From Piromyces finnis finn (Eukaryota; Fungi; Neocallimastigomycota), in NCBI GenBank assembly GCA_002104945.1, contig MCFH01000020.1, forward strand, positions 62,001 to 126,000: a stretch of DNA of 64,000 nt. The letters are read 5' to 3'. A model generated the notes under the pieces. That model was not told where the DNA came from and made no database searches. It was given only the letters and a program-made list of their open reading frames with translations. Positions 30,701-45,865 of the stretch are shown here, one piece after another. Numbering within the stretch: position 1 is the stretch's first letter; the number at the start of each line of letters is the position of its first letter. Both the position numbers and the translations under genes were made by a program.

Positions 30701-30831
30701 CATAGAATTACTTAAAGACTCTTGAAGGTCCAGCTGTTCGTTCTACTGGTGATTATGCTAAGAGAGTTTTAACTAAATTAGCTAGTCAAGATGTTGATAG
30801 TGAAGATGAAGATATATTTGCTACTATATAA
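21719..30831 (+). CDS. GCN1: eIF2-alpha kinase activator GCN1 (HEAT-repeat protein); multi-exon
   Basis: 2185-aa main exon with GCN1 HEAT motifs (ERRGNAYGLAGVVKGRG, REGSLCAFETL, NWRTKTGSIEFLG, LFDDNWRIRLSSIQLLGDLL, ITGPLIRIIGDRF). Upstream exons at 21719, 22086, 22455 and 22925; last exon ~30706-30831. Confidence 0.95.
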
Positions 30832-30997
30832 AAATGATAATTTAAACTTATTACTTTTCATAGATTTACTTTAAGAATTATAAAAATAATTAAATTTGCA
30901 CATAAAATTTTATTTTTATTTTTATTGTTGAAAATACAATTAATTAAATAAAAAAAAATTAAATGAAAGAAATATATCATTAAACAAAGGAAAAAAT

Positions 30998-30998
<1 letters not shown>

Positions 30999-31044
<46 letters not shown>
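30999..31044 (+). repeat. Long poly(A) tract downstream of GCN1
   Basis: Run of about 45 A visible directly. Confidence 0.8.
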
Positions 31045-31046
<2 letters not shown>

Positions 31047-31731
31047 AAAAAAAGGAAGAAATTAAGCTTACAAATAAATATATTTTATACGAGTAAAAAT
31101 ATAATGATAAATAATTAAAATTAATTTTCGAAATTATGAAATTAAATATAAATTATTAAGAAACAGATTATAAAATAAAACTATTCAATATTTTAATATA
31201 ATGCTAAATGAATAAATATTTTAGTTATTAAATATTTTATAAAAATAAAAATAAAAAAAGTTAATAAAAAAATTTTTTTTACTGTTTTTTTTTTTTTTTT
31301 TCATTATTATTTCTTATTATTTTAACATAACCTTTAACAAGAAAAAAAAATAATAATTATTAAATTTCCTGAATATAAATATTATTATTTTCCACTTTAT
31401 ATTTAAAACTATAGAATTAATAAATTATATTACTGAATAAGTTGTTTTTTTGAAGTGTATGATTATAAAAAAAAGTTTTAAACTTTAAAACTTTAAAATG
31501 AATCTCCAAAATTTTTATAATTTTAAAAAAATTAAACAAAAAATATTAAAAAATTTTTTTTTCATTTTTATTGTTAAAAATCATTAACTATCAATATTTT
31601 GTTTTTATATTAAAAATAAATTGAATTTTTTTTAAAAAAAAACTAAATATAAAATACTTAATATTTATGGAATCTAAGAATAAATAGATTTATTTTCGTT
31701 TTAGAGTAATATATTTGTATTTATTTATATT

Positions 31732-34700
31732 ATGAATTCGAATTTTGATGAATATTCGGGTGAAATTGAAAGTGAGGTGTCACTAATTTCGGAAGATGAA
31801 TTGGATGATGATATTCTTACATTAGATCCTTTGTATAGGGAAAATAACTATAGTTTTGATACTATAAGGGTATTTATTAAAGAATAATATGAATTACATA
31901 AAATAATATAAATTAAAAGTTATTTATATTATTTATTGAAATGTGTTATATATATGTTATAAATTAATAAGAGAAATTTTAATTATCGAAACATTTTAAG
32001 TCAAGAAAACAATAAAATAGGTAAATATTTAACAATTGTATTAATTAATTATTTTAAATATAATTAAATTATAAAATAAATTAAAGAATATTGATTTAAT
32101 TTAATGTTGTTTTATAATTTTCAGATAAAAAAAAAGAAAAAATATTAGATAAACAAAATTCCGAGGAGCAAGTAAAAAAAAATTAATATGTTATTATATA
32201 ATTTATTGTATAAATTTTATACATAATGATAACTAAATACAATATGTTTATATTATAAAAATATAAAGGAGAAAGAAGAATATGATCATTCACAATACCC
32301 ACCACTGTTAAAATATTTCTCAAGAACTAAAGCAGCACCATTTAAAGAAGACCAATACCAAAGATCAACATCAGATTCTATTGCAAATAATTATAGTCCA
32401 GCAGCTTGTAATTTAGATATTAAACATTTATTACCAATAAATGAAAGTATTAGAGGAAATGTTAAAAAAAAAAAACTTTATCACAAAAATGAGTAATATA
32501 TTTATATTTAATTCTTATTTATTTATACCATAAAAATAAATAATAGTAGAGAAGAGAATGAAAAATTTTAAAATATATTATTTTTTATTATTTTATAATG
32601 ATTATTTAGTGATGTGAGTTTTCCAATAGTAAGCACTGAATTTAAAGATGTTGATAGTAGACCAGTTTCTCCATTAACACGGATGAATATAACTCAGCCT
32701 TTATCATTATTACCAGAACCTCCTTCAAAACCACCAACACCACCTATTCTTGATCCATATGATCTCCCATCTGTAAATTTACAAAAATTATTAACTTCTG
32801 AAAATAGATATATATATTATATAAACGAAGGAATTGATGAAAAAGAAATATACCCACTTCAGGATTCAACTATTGAAAATATAACAAAATATATTCCAAC
32901 AAAATATTTAAAACGTCCAAATTTACAAAATAAAAAAATTGAAACTATAAATGAAATTAATGAATTTTATAAATTAGCTATGAAAAAATCCATTCTTAAT
33001 TATATACTTTTAGATGATAATGAAAAAGAAAGATTAAATATTAAAAAAGTACCGAAAATATTTACACCTAGAATATCAAGAGCTCCAGTTCCATGGCATA
33101 ACGAACTAAATGATACAAAAAAAATAATAAATGAAAATTTATTTATAACAAATCCAATCATGTTAGAAATATCAAAAATTTTTGAAGATTATCAAAATTG
33201 CAAGATTGTTGATATGTCAGTTTTTAATGAATCAGTACTGCCTGTAACTATTGAAGATTTTCAGACTATATTAAAAAATCAATGTGCTGCATTTAGAAAT
33301 AAATTATTAAATGAGTAATGATTAATATTTAATTATTTTTTTTATAATAAAAACTATTATATATATAAAATAATATTATTTTATATAAAATAAATTTTTA
33401 ATTAATTTTTTAATGGTAATTAAATTTAAAAAAGATGGATACCTACAGTTGCAAATAGATTTTATGAAACAAAAGACAATTGGTATTCAATTGTATCATC
33501 TTGTCCTGATCCGGAAGTTGGATTTAAAAGATTAGATTCATTTTTTAAATCTGTGTCTTCATTAATGGGAAATCAGTTATGGCAAATAGCAGAAGCATCA
33601 ATTTCTGAATATGAAAATTTTTTTTCTCAATTTCAAAGCGCACAATCTGATACATCTTTATTTTCTATAAAATTAGTTATTGTTGATACTCAAATAAGAT
33701 TTGACCCACCATTCCCTGAAGTAGAATCAACAATAATAAATATTTTGGAAGAAATAGTTAAAACTGTAAGGGGAATACCAAGAATAGAAAGAAAATTATT
33801 TACTTCATTAAGTAATTTATCATTAAACTTATTCTCGATATCAATGAATGATGATAGAATCAATAGTGGTAAATTTTTAAGGAAAATTGTAGCAAAAAAT
33901 ACTGTTTTTCCTCAAAAGCATTTAATGTCATATGACAAGTATAAACCGTTAATTACACATAGAGCTGATAAAAAAATAGATGACTTCTTAAAAAATAAAC
34001 ATTCTTTAGATGACTTCGAAACAGTAAGTTGCATTAATATATGACAAAGTATTAATGATTTTTTATTTTCTATTGTTAAGTAAAATTTTAATAATATTAT
34101 TATAATCTGAATAAATTCTTATATATCTTAATAGGAAATTAATAAACTGTTAGATATTGTTTCAAAAATTAATAATAGCCCTTCAATAGTCCGATTTAGT
34201 ATGATATATTTAAATTGTGAAAATTTAAAAGGAAAGTTAATTGATAAATCAAAAGCATTGGTTCAAAAGCTAGTTTTACAAATTAATGAACTAAATACTA
34301 AAACATGTCAAAGGTAATGTATTATTTAATAATTTTAATTATATTGTTATAATTTAATATTAAAAATAATTATTTTTAGTATATGTGAAAGATATGAAAA
34401 AATATCAGCGAAAGCAATGAAATTACCAAACGATACCGAGGAAATTGTTGAATCAATAAAATATGTTGAAAATGCAAAAACTGTTGATGTTGTTCAATTA
34501 AAAGAAGAAATTAATAATAGTGTTAAAACATTGTTCTTTTTATTAAAATACTCGTTTTTAACAGAAGAAGAAATAAAATTGAATGGTGTCACATTTACAT
34601 GGCCTCAAAGAATTATGCCTATTTTTGAATTGAGTAAGAAAAGAACAAATCAAAAGAAGATTAAAGCACAAGAAGATTTAAAGTTAAAAATAGAACAAAC

Positions 34701-37700
34701 AACAGAAGAATTGGATACAATATTTGAACAAATAGCAAAATTCCAAGATTTTGGTATTATGGCAGAAATTAATGAATATCTAAAGCAAATAAGAGAATTG
34801 GAAGAAAAGTTAGAAAGTTTACATAAGACAATTTTACAAATTAATTTTGAAGAGGAGCTATTTGAATTTGTCAAATCCCCATTTAAGAAATATCAACAAA
34901 TTATTGATAGAATTGATCCATATAAAAAACTTTGGGAAACAGCATATGAATTTCAAACTAAATATAGTATTTGGATGAATGGCAAATTTATTGATATTAA
35001 CGCAGAAGATGTTGAAAACGATGTTCAAGTTATGTATAAAGCAATGGTTAGATTAATTAAAGTATTTGATAATTTGGCTGTCCCAAGAAAGGTTGCTGAA
35101 AATATTAGAAATAAATTAGATAAGTTCAAAGTACATATACCACTATTAAGTGCATTTAGAAATCCTGGAATGAAAAAAAGGCATTGGGACCAAATTAAAG
35201 ATATTGTTGGTTTTAGTGTTGAACCTGATGAAAATACGACATTTACAAATATTATTGAATTAAATCTTGGACAATATCAAGCTAAATTTGATTTAATTAG
35301 TGAAGCTTCCTCAAAAGAAGCTTCTTTACAAAAAGCATTAGCAAAAATGAAAGAAGATTGGGTTGATTTAGAATTTAACTTAATTGATTATAAAGAAACT
35401 GGAACTAAAATTTTATCAGCATTAGATGATGTACAAACTATTTTAGATGATCAAATTGTTAAAGTTCAAACTATTCATGGTTCTCCATTTGTTAAACCAA
35501 TCGAAGAAGAAGTTGTTGATTGGGAAACAAAAATCCAGACGATTCAAAATGTTATTGATGAATGGCTTCAAGTTCAAGCAACATGGTTATATTTAGAACC
35601 AATTTTTACTTCTGAAGATATTATGGCTCAAATGCCTGTAGAAGGAAAAAAATTTAAAGCAGTTGATAAAATATGGAGAGAAACTATGATAACTACAAAT
35701 GAAAATAAAAAAATAATTGTTGTGGCTACTAAAGTTGAATTACTGAATACATTAAAAGAATGTAATGAAACATTGGATAATATTCAAAAAGGTTTGAATG
35801 ATTATCTTGAAAGAAAAAGACTACTCTTTCCTAGATTTTTCTTTTTGTCTAATGATGAATTATTAGAAATTCTTGGTGAAACAAAGGATCCATTAAGAGT
35901 TCAGCCTCATTTAAAGAAATGTTTTGAAGGTATTGCTAGTTTAAAATTTCAAGATAACACAAAAATTGTTGCTATGTGTAGTAGTGAAAATGAAAGAGTA
36001 CGTCTAAAAGAAGTTATTGAACCTGCATTAGCAAGGGGTGCTGTTGAAAAATGGCTTCTCCAAGTTGAAAAAGTTATGCAAGCTAGTGTTCATGAACAAA
36101 TTCAAAATTCAATAAAGTCGTATGAAGAAATTCCTCGTGAAAAATGGGTTTTAGAGTGGCCTGGTCAAGTAGTATTATGTGTTAGTCAAATTTTCTGGAC
36201 AAGAGAAATTACTGAAACTGTAATTCATAAAGAGACAAATGGCTTGGAGTATTATAGAGATAAATGTACTAAGCAATTAGAAGCAATTGTAGAACTTGTA
36301 AGAGGTGAGTTACCATTAATGGCTAGAATTACATTGTCAGCCTTAGTAGTTATTGATGTGCATGCAAGAGATGTTGTTTCAGAATTAATAAAATCAAATG
36401 TCACTTCTGTTGATGATTTTGAATGGCTTAGTCAGCTTCGTTATTATTGGGAACAAGAAGAAGTTTTAGTAAGAATGATAAATGCAACATTAAATTATGG
36501 TTATGAATATTTAGGTAATAGTCCAAGACTAGTAATTACCCCTTTAACTGATAGATGTTATCGAACTTTAATTGGTGCTTTGGATCTAAATTTAGGAGGT
36601 GCTCCAGAAGGTCCTGCTGGTACTGGTAAAACAGAAACAACAAAAGATCTTGCAAAAGCCATTGCTAAACAGTGTGTCGTTTTCAATTGTTCTGACGGTC
36701 TAGATTATATTGCTATGGGTAAATTCTTTAAAGGGCTGGCATCATCTGGTGCTTGGGCATGTTTTGATGAATTTAATCGTATTGATCTTGAAGTATTATC
36801 TGTCGTTGCACAACAAATATTAACTATTCAGCGTGCAATTGGTGCTAATATGGAAAAATTTGTATTTGAAGGAACAACTATTTCATTGAATAAATCATGT
36901 TCTGTATTTATTACTATGAATCCAGGTTATGCAGGTCGTAGTGAATTACCAGATAATCTTAAAGCATTATTTAGACCTGTAGCTATGATGGTAAATATAT
37001 TATAAATAATAATAATTATAATAATAACTATAATAATAATAATTATAATAATGATAGGTTCCAAATTATGCATTAATTGCCGAAATATCACTTTATTCCT
37101 TTGGTTTTGTGGAAGCAAGAACTCTTGCAAAGAAAATTGTTACAACATATAGATTATGTTCTGAACAATTGTCTTCTCAAGATCATTATGATTATGGTAT
37201 GCGTGCTGTAAAATCAGTATTAACAGCAGCTGGTAATTTAAAATTAAAATATCCTAGAGAAAATGAACATGTTATTATGCTTAGATCTATTAATGACATT
37301 AATAAACCTAAATTTATTAGTCAGGATATTCCTCTTTTTGAATCAATTACTCATGATCTATTTCCAGGTATTGAATTACCAGATCCAGATTATAAAAGCA
37401 TTACAGATTCTATTACATCTGTCATGAAAGGATTTAATTTACAACCTGTTCCTAAGCATATTGAAAAAGTTATTCAAATATATGAAATGATGAAAATTAG
37501 ACACGGTTATATGATTGTCGGAGAACCATGGTCAGGAAAAACTATGGCATATAGAGTTTTAGCTGAAGCATTGAATAAAATGGCTGAGGCAAAACTGGGG
37601 GAGGAAAGAGTTCAATATACAGTTATTAATCCAAAATCAATTACAATGGGTCAATTATACGGTCAATTTGATTTAGTTACTCATGAATGGACTGATGGAG

Positions 37701-40700
37701 TTATTGCTCATGCTTTTCATAAATATACTGCTTCAACATCTCCAGATAGAAAATGGATTATATTTGATGGTCCTGTAGATGCAATATGGATTGAAAATAT
37801 GAATACTGTTTTGGATGATAACAAAAAACTTTGTTTAACCAGTGGTGAAATTATGAAAATGTCACCTACAATGAGTATCATGTTTGAAGTTAAAGATTTA
37901 GCTGTTGCATCACCAGCTACAGTTAGTCGTTGTGGTATGATTTATATGGAAGAAGAATTAATTGGTTGGAGACCAATTTTTTTATCATGGTTAAATACAA
38001 TTCCAAATCTTAATGAAGAGAATAAAAAGTTAATTACAACATTATTTGATTGGATAGTTCCACCATGTCTTCAATTTGTCACTGAAAATTGTAAAGAAAT
38101 CACTGAAATTCCAAAATTAAATAAAATTAATAGTTTAATAAATATATATGATTCTCATCTAGATTTCTTAAAAGATGAAAAATCAAAGGTTGCTCCAAAT
38201 ATTGCAGAAGTTTGGATAGTATCCTATTTCTTATTTTCATGTGTATGGTCTTTTGGTGGTTCCATTAATGAAGAGGGAAGAATAGAATATGATAAATTCT
38301 TTAGAGATATTATAGAGGGAAATTTAAAAGATTATCCTATACCAGACGATTTAAAAATTAGTAAAATGATTCCAAGAAATGGTTCAGTATATGAATACAT
38401 GTTTGAGCCAGAGGTATTTATATAAAATTATAGTTCATTAAAATATAAATTTTGATTATTTATTTTTTTTATATTATAGAAACAAGTTTCTGGTGGAGTA
38501 TGGAAACTATGGTGTGATACTATTGAGAATTTTGATATTCAACCAAATACAAAATTTAACGATATAATTGTTCCAACAATAGATACACAAAGATATACAT
38601 ATTTATTAGATACATTAATTTTACATGGTAAACAAATATTATTTGTAGGACAAACTGGTACTGGTAAAACATCTTATATAAATAAAAAATTATTACATGG
38701 ATTACCATCGAACTATCAACCTATTATGATAAATTTCTCATCTCAAACAACACCTAATCAGACTCAAATGATTATCTTAGGAAAACTAGATAGAAGAAAG
38801 AAGGGTATATATGGACCTCCAGTAGGTCAAAAGTCGGTAATTTTTATTGATGATCTTAACATGCCAGCAAGAGATAGATATGGTGCACAGGGTCCAATAG
38901 AATTATTGAGAATGTGGAATGATCATCGTTATTGGTATGACTTAAAAGATTTATCTGTAATGAATATTGTAGATGTTCAATTTATATCTGCTATGGGTCC
39001 AACTGGAGGTGGTCGTAATCCAATTACACCAAGATATCTTCGTCATTTTAATGTAATTGGTATATCAACATTTGAAGAAAAAACATTAAAAACCATTTTC
39101 CAAGCTATTGTTGATTGGCACTTTACATCTAATAATTTCAAAACTGGTATTTTAGCAATTAAAAATAATATTGTTAATGCAACTCTTGAAGTATATCAAA
39201 AAGCTATAGAAAATTTACTTCCAACCCCGGCAAAGTCACATTATACATTTAATCTTCGTGATTTCTCAAGAGTAATTCAAGGTATTTTATTATCTAATTC
39301 TGAAAGATATCAAGAACCTGAAAAAATTATTAGATTATGGACTCATGAAGCATATAGAGTATTTTATGATAGATTAATTGATGATGAGGGTAGAGAATGG
39401 TTCCACGGAGTAATAAGGGATCTTGTATCAAGAAGCTTCGGTCAAAAGTTTGATGTTGTATTTGGACATTTATGTAGTAAGAATAGCAAAACAGTTGAGA
39501 ATGATGATATGAGAAGTTTGATGTTTGGTGATTATGTAGTTAAAAATTCAACAGAAAAAGTATATGATGAGGTTATAGATATTTCTGAAGTTACTGAAAT
39601 TTTAAAAGAAAAATTAGATGAATATAATTCATTTAGTAATGCACCAATGAATTTAGTATTATTTAGATTTGCTATTGAACATATATCAAGAATTGCTCGT
39701 ATTTTATTACAACCATCTGGTCATGCATTATTAGTAGGTTTAGGTGGTGATGGTCGACAAAGCTTATCAAAATTAGCAGCATTTATGGCTGATTATTTCC
39801 TTTTCCAAGCAATGATTACAAAAACATATGGTCATGATGAATGGAGAGAAGATTTAAAAAAATTACTAAATAAAGCAGGTGGTGAAGGAAAAAAATGCTT
39901 GTTCTTATTTAGTGACTCACAAGTAAAAGAAGAATCCTTTTTAGAAGATATTAACAATTTATTGAATACTGGTGAAGTTCCAAATATATTCCCTGCAGAT
40001 GAAAAAGCAGCTGTGTGCGAACAAGTTAGAAATGAGATGACAAAAGTAAATCCTAAATTTAATGCAAACCAAAATACATTGTATAATATATTTGTTAATA
40101 GATGTAAGGAAAATCTTCATATTAATTTATGCATGAGCCCTATTGGTGATGCTTTTCGTAACAGATTAAGAATGTTTCCATCATTAGTTAATTGTTGTAC
40201 TATTGATTGGTTTCAAACATGGCCAGAAGATGCGTTAGATATGGTAGCCAATAAATTTTTAGAGGATATTGACTTTGGTAATGATAGAGAAAGTATTGTT
40301 CACTTATGTAAAGAAATCCATATAGAGTCACAAGAATTATCAAAAAAACTGTTCAATACCTTAAGAAGACATACATATGTGACACCAACATCATATTTAG
40401 AATTGATAAAAACATATAAAAGACTTCTTACAATGAAAAGAAATGAAATATATAATATTAAGAATAGGTATGATGTTGGTTTAGGTCAATTAGCTCAAGC
40501 TGCAGAGCAAATTAGTGTTATGCAGACAAATCTTAATGATTTAAAGCCACAATTAATAAAAACTTCAAAAGATACTGACGATATGCTAGTTATTGTACAA
40601 AAAGAATCAGCTGAAGTAGAAAAGAAAAAGTCAGTAGTTCAGAAAGATGAGGAAATTGCAAATAAAAAGGCATCTGAGGCAAAAGCAATTAAAGATGAGT

Positions 40701-43700
40701 GTGAAGGTGAATTAGCAGTTGCATTACCTGCTCTTGAAGCAGCTTTAGAAGCTCTCGATACATTAAAACCTGCAGATATTACGTTAGTAAAATCAATGAA
40801 AAATCCACCAGGTGCTGTAAAATTAGTAATGGAAGCTATCTGTATTATGAAGGATATTAAACCAGCTAGAATAAAAGATCCTTCAGGTAGTGGTAAAATG
40901 ATTGAGGATTATTGGGGACCAGCACTAAAAATGCTTGGTGATCCTCATTTTCTTGTATCATTAAAATCATACGATAAAGATAATATTCCACCAAGAATTA
41001 TGCAAAAAATTAGAACTACACATATACCAAACCCTGATTTTGATCCAAATATTGTTAAAAATTCATCCTCAGCTGCAGAAGGTTTATGTAAATGGGTAAT
41101 TGCAATTGAAAAATATGAAACTGTAAGAAAAGTTGTAGCACCAAAACAAGAAGCGTTAGCAAAAGCAGAAGCTGAATTAGCTATTGAAATGGAAAAACTT
41201 AATTCAAAAAGAGCAGAATTAAAGGCAGTAGAAGATAAAATGGCGTTATTACAAAGTCAATATGATGAAAATATTCAGAAAAAAACAGATTTGCAAAATT
41301 TGATTGAAAAAAATACTAACATGCTTATTCGTGCAGAAAAACTTATTGGTGGTCTTGGTGGAGAAACAACAAGATGGACGGAAGCTTCTAAAAAATATGG
41401 ATTATTATATGAAACTATTGCAGGTGATGCATTATTAGCTTCTGCAATGGTTTCATATTTAGGTGCGTTTACTTCTTCATTTAGACAAGAAGCAATTAAT
41501 GAATGGAATAAAAAATTCAGTGAAAAAGAAATAAAATGCTCAGAAAATTTTTCTTTGGAAAATACTTTAGGTGATCCTATTCAAATTCGTTCATGGATTC
41601 TTTCGGGATTACCAAATGATACATTTTCTAAAGATAATGGTATTATTGCATTTAATACTATAAGATGGCCATTATTTATTGATCCTCAAGATCAAGCAAG
41701 TAAATGGATAAAAAATCTAGAAAAGAAAAATAACCTATCAGTAATTAAATTATCAGATACAGATTTTATTCGAAATCTAGAAAATGCAATTCAATTTGGT
41801 ACACCAGTATTAATTGAAAATGTTGGTGAAGAATTAGATTCTGTATTAGAACCACTTTTAGTTAAACAGTTATTTAAATCAGGTGGTGTACTAAGTATAA
41901 AAATTGGTGATGATATTGTGGAATATTCAAACGACTTCAAATTATATATAACTACAAAATTAAGAAATCCTCATTATAAACCAGAAATTTTCACTAAAGT
42001 CACAGTATTAAACTTTATGATTACTCCTGATGGTTTAGAAGATCAACTTCTGGGTATAGTTGCTGCAAAGGAAAGACCAGATCTTGAAGAAGAAAGAAAT
42101 AAATTAATTGTAACTTCTGCAGAAAACTCAAGACAACTAAAAGAATTAGAAGATAAAATTCTTGAACTTATATCTTCTTTTGAAGGAAATATTCTAGAAG
42201 ATGAATCTGCTGTAAATGTATTGTCTTCTTCTAAAGTGTTATCTGATGAAATTGCTGAAAAACAAAAGGTTGCACAGCAAACAGAAAGAGAAATTGAAAT
42301 TACTCGTACAGGTTATCGTCCGATTGCCGTTCATTCTTCTGTACTATTCTTTGTTATTGCTGATTTAGCTAATGTAAGTATATAATTTAGTTATTTACTA
42401 AAGTAACATACTTTTTATAATTATAGATAATAAAACTAAATTTATATTCTAAAATATATTATTAGATTGAACCTATGTATCAATATTCATTAGTATGGTT
42501 TATTAATCTCTTTTTACAATCAATAGAAGAAAGTGAAAAATCATCAGATATTGAAGTTAGAATAAATAATTTGAAAAATTATTTCACATATTCATTATAT
42601 TGTAATGTTTGCAGGTCATTATTCAAAAAAGATAAACTACTTCTTTCTTTCTTATTATGTACCGGTTTAATGAAAAGTAAATCAGAAATTGATCCAGAAG
42701 AATGGTCATTCTTATTAACTGGAGGTTTAACATTAGATAATGAAACTCAACCAAATCCAGCACAAGAATGGCTTACAAATAAGGCTTGGTCAGACATAAC
42801 AAAACTTTCAAAATTGTCAATATTTGAATCATTCTCTGAAGACTTTTCTGTAATATAATTATTATATTTAATATATTAATTTATAAATTATTGTTATATA
42901 AATTTAATTAAATTTTATTATATACATATATATATATATAATTTTAGAATCACATTGATGAATGGAAATTGATTTATGATAGTTCAGAACCATATAAAGA
43001 AAAATTACCGGGAGACTGGGATAAGCATCTAACAATATTCCAGAAACTTTTAATTTTTAAATGTTTAAGACCTGATAAATTAGTACCTGCTATTTTAGAA
43101 TTTGTTAAAGTAAAAATGGGACAAAAGTTTGTTGAACCTCCACAATTTGATTTAGCTGCTAGTTTCCAAGACTCGAACTGTTGTTCACCTCTTATTTTTA
43201 TTTTATCTCCTGGAGTAGATCCTATGTCAAGGTAGAATAAATATTATACTCAAAAAATAATTTAATATAGAATTTATAATAATTAATGAATTTATATTAT
43301 TCAGTCTTATTCGTTTTGCTGAATCTAAAGGATTCACAGGTCAAAAGCTAACCAGTATTTCATTAGGACAAGGGCAAGGACCTATCGCTAGTCAAATGAT
43401 TAAATCAGGAACTAAAAATGGATCATGGGTTGTACTTCAAAATTGTCATTTAGCTGTAAGTTGGCTTCCAACTCTTGAAAAAATATGTGAAGAATTATCA
43501 GTAGAAAATACAAATCAAAATTTTAGATTATATTTAACATCGTATCCATGTGAAAAATTCCCTGTTACTATACTTCAAAATGGTATTAAAATGACAAATG
43601 AACCTCCAAATGGATTGAAAGCCAATCTTTTACGTTCTTATACTAGTGATCCAATATCAGATAATTCATTCTTTAAGGGTGTTAAAAAAGAAGCAGAAGA

Positions 43701-45300
43701 AATATGGGAGAAATTCTTATTTAGTTTAGTATTTTTCCATGCAATTGTTCAAGAACGTAGAAATTTTGGACCATTAGGTTGGAATATTCCATATGAATTT
43801 AATGAATCGGATTTAAAGATTAGTGTAAGACAGTTACATAAATTCTTAAATGTATACGATGAAATACCACTAAAGGCTTTACGTTATTTGACTGGTGAAT
43901 GTAATTATGGAGGTCGTGTAACAGATGATCATGATAGAAGATGTTTAATGAGTATTCTTTCTGTATATTATAATATGGACATTTTAAAAGATGGATACAA
44001 ATTATCAGATAGTGGTATATATACAATACCAATTAAAGGTACATATGAAAGTTATTTAGAACATATAAAACAATTACCAATTATTCAGCATCCAGAAGTA
44101 TTTGGTTTACATGAAAACGCAAATATATCAAAAGATATTAGTGAAACAAATTTACTTATAAATTCAGTATTATTAACCCAAGCTAGGGCATCATCATCTG
44201 GATCGGGAGCCTCATCAGATGATTTATGTTTCGCAAGCGCAACAGAAATTCTTGAAAAACTACCTGATAATTATGACATAAAATCCGCAAAGAAAAAATT
44301 CCCAGTAGTTTATTCTGAAAGTATGAATACTATTTTAATTCAAGAACTTGTTAGATTTAATAAACTTCTTGATGTGATAAGGTCAAGCTTACAAAATATA
44401 TTAAAAGCAATCAAAGGTTTAGTTGTAATGTCATCTGAATTAGAATTAGTTTATAATAGCTTATTAACAGGAAAAATCCCTGACATGTGGAGTGCTAGTA
44501 GTTATCCATCTCTGAAACCTTTAGTAAGTTTAATATTTTATTAGTTTTCATAATTATTACATTAATGATTTTAACAAAATTATTTTTAAAATTATAGGGA
44601 TCATATGTAATTGATTTTGTTGAAAGATTAAGATTTTTCCAAAATTGGTTAGATACATCAACGCCAGTTATATTCTGGATTTCTGGATTTTTCTTTACAC
44701 AATCATTTATTACAGGTAAAAAATACTAGTATAATAAAATATTTATATTCATTTTAAATATTTATATAAAAACTATGTTTAGGTACACTTCAAAATTATG
44801 CAAGAAAACACAAAATTCCAATTGATCTTTTAGATTTAACATTCAAAGTAATGAAAGATAAACCAATAGAAGCACCAGATGATGGAGTATATATTAATGG
44901 TATGTTTATTGAAGGTGCAAGATGGGACAAAGGTGCTCATATATTAGAAGAGCAGCATTTAAAACAGCTAACAGACATTATGCCTATTGTATCCTTTTTA
45001 TATATATATTATATTATATATATATATTTATATATAATTTTATTTTTATTTGAATGTTATTAGAATTTAACCGAAAATTTTCAAAATATATAGATTCATA
45101 TGATTCCATCTAGAGTTGAGGATATTGATAATACTAGTTTATATAGTTGTCCAGTTTATAAAACAAGTGAAAGAAGAGGTACATTATCAACTACAGGACA
45201 CTCAACTAATTATGTTATGACAATTGGATTACCATCTAATAAGCCTCAAGATCATTGGGTTATTAGAGGAGTCGCATTAATTTTGCAACTCTCTGATTAA
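31732..45300 (+). CDS. DNAH7: Axonemal inner-arm (single-headed) dynein heavy chain, DNAH7/3/12-like; multi-exon
   Basis: AAA P-loops [26 protein letters not shown] and GLGGDGRQS; CFDEFNRI; stalk coiled coil; WPLFIDPQ; C-terminal [23 protein letters not shown] and RGVAL. The N-terminal YYINEGID...APVPWH segment is typical of DNAH3/7/12. The exact orthologue is uncertain. Confidence 0.9.
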
Positions 45301-45865
45301 TTTTAAATTAATTTATATTTATAATTTACTAACAAATAAGAAAAAAAAGAAATTAATATTACTGTTACTATTTTTATTCATTAATTTATTTTAAATACAC
45401 TCTTCATTTTTTTTCTGTATTTTCTTTCAAGAATTAGTATGTATTCAATCAATCCGATTATTTAATTAAACAATATATACATTATCATACAATTTTTTTT
45501 TAAGTTGTTCATTACTTAGTAGTATTATAAAATCGAAATAATTTTATTTCAAATAAAATATTATTAATTTATAAAAAAGTTTAAATAAAATAAAGTTTTT
45601 TTTAAAAAAAAAAATAATAAATATTTATATTGAAAATAAATTTTAAATTCAAAAAAATTCTAAAACCTTATATAATAAAAAAAAAAAACACTTATTTAAT
45701 TAAAATCAGAACAAATATCAAAATACATGCGCATTATAATATAATTTCAATATTAATTTTTTTTCAATTATTAATAAAAGAGTACACTGTAACGTTAATA
45801 TTATTATATATATTTTCTCTCTAATATTAAAATAAAAATATACACATTTCATTTTTTAATTAAGA

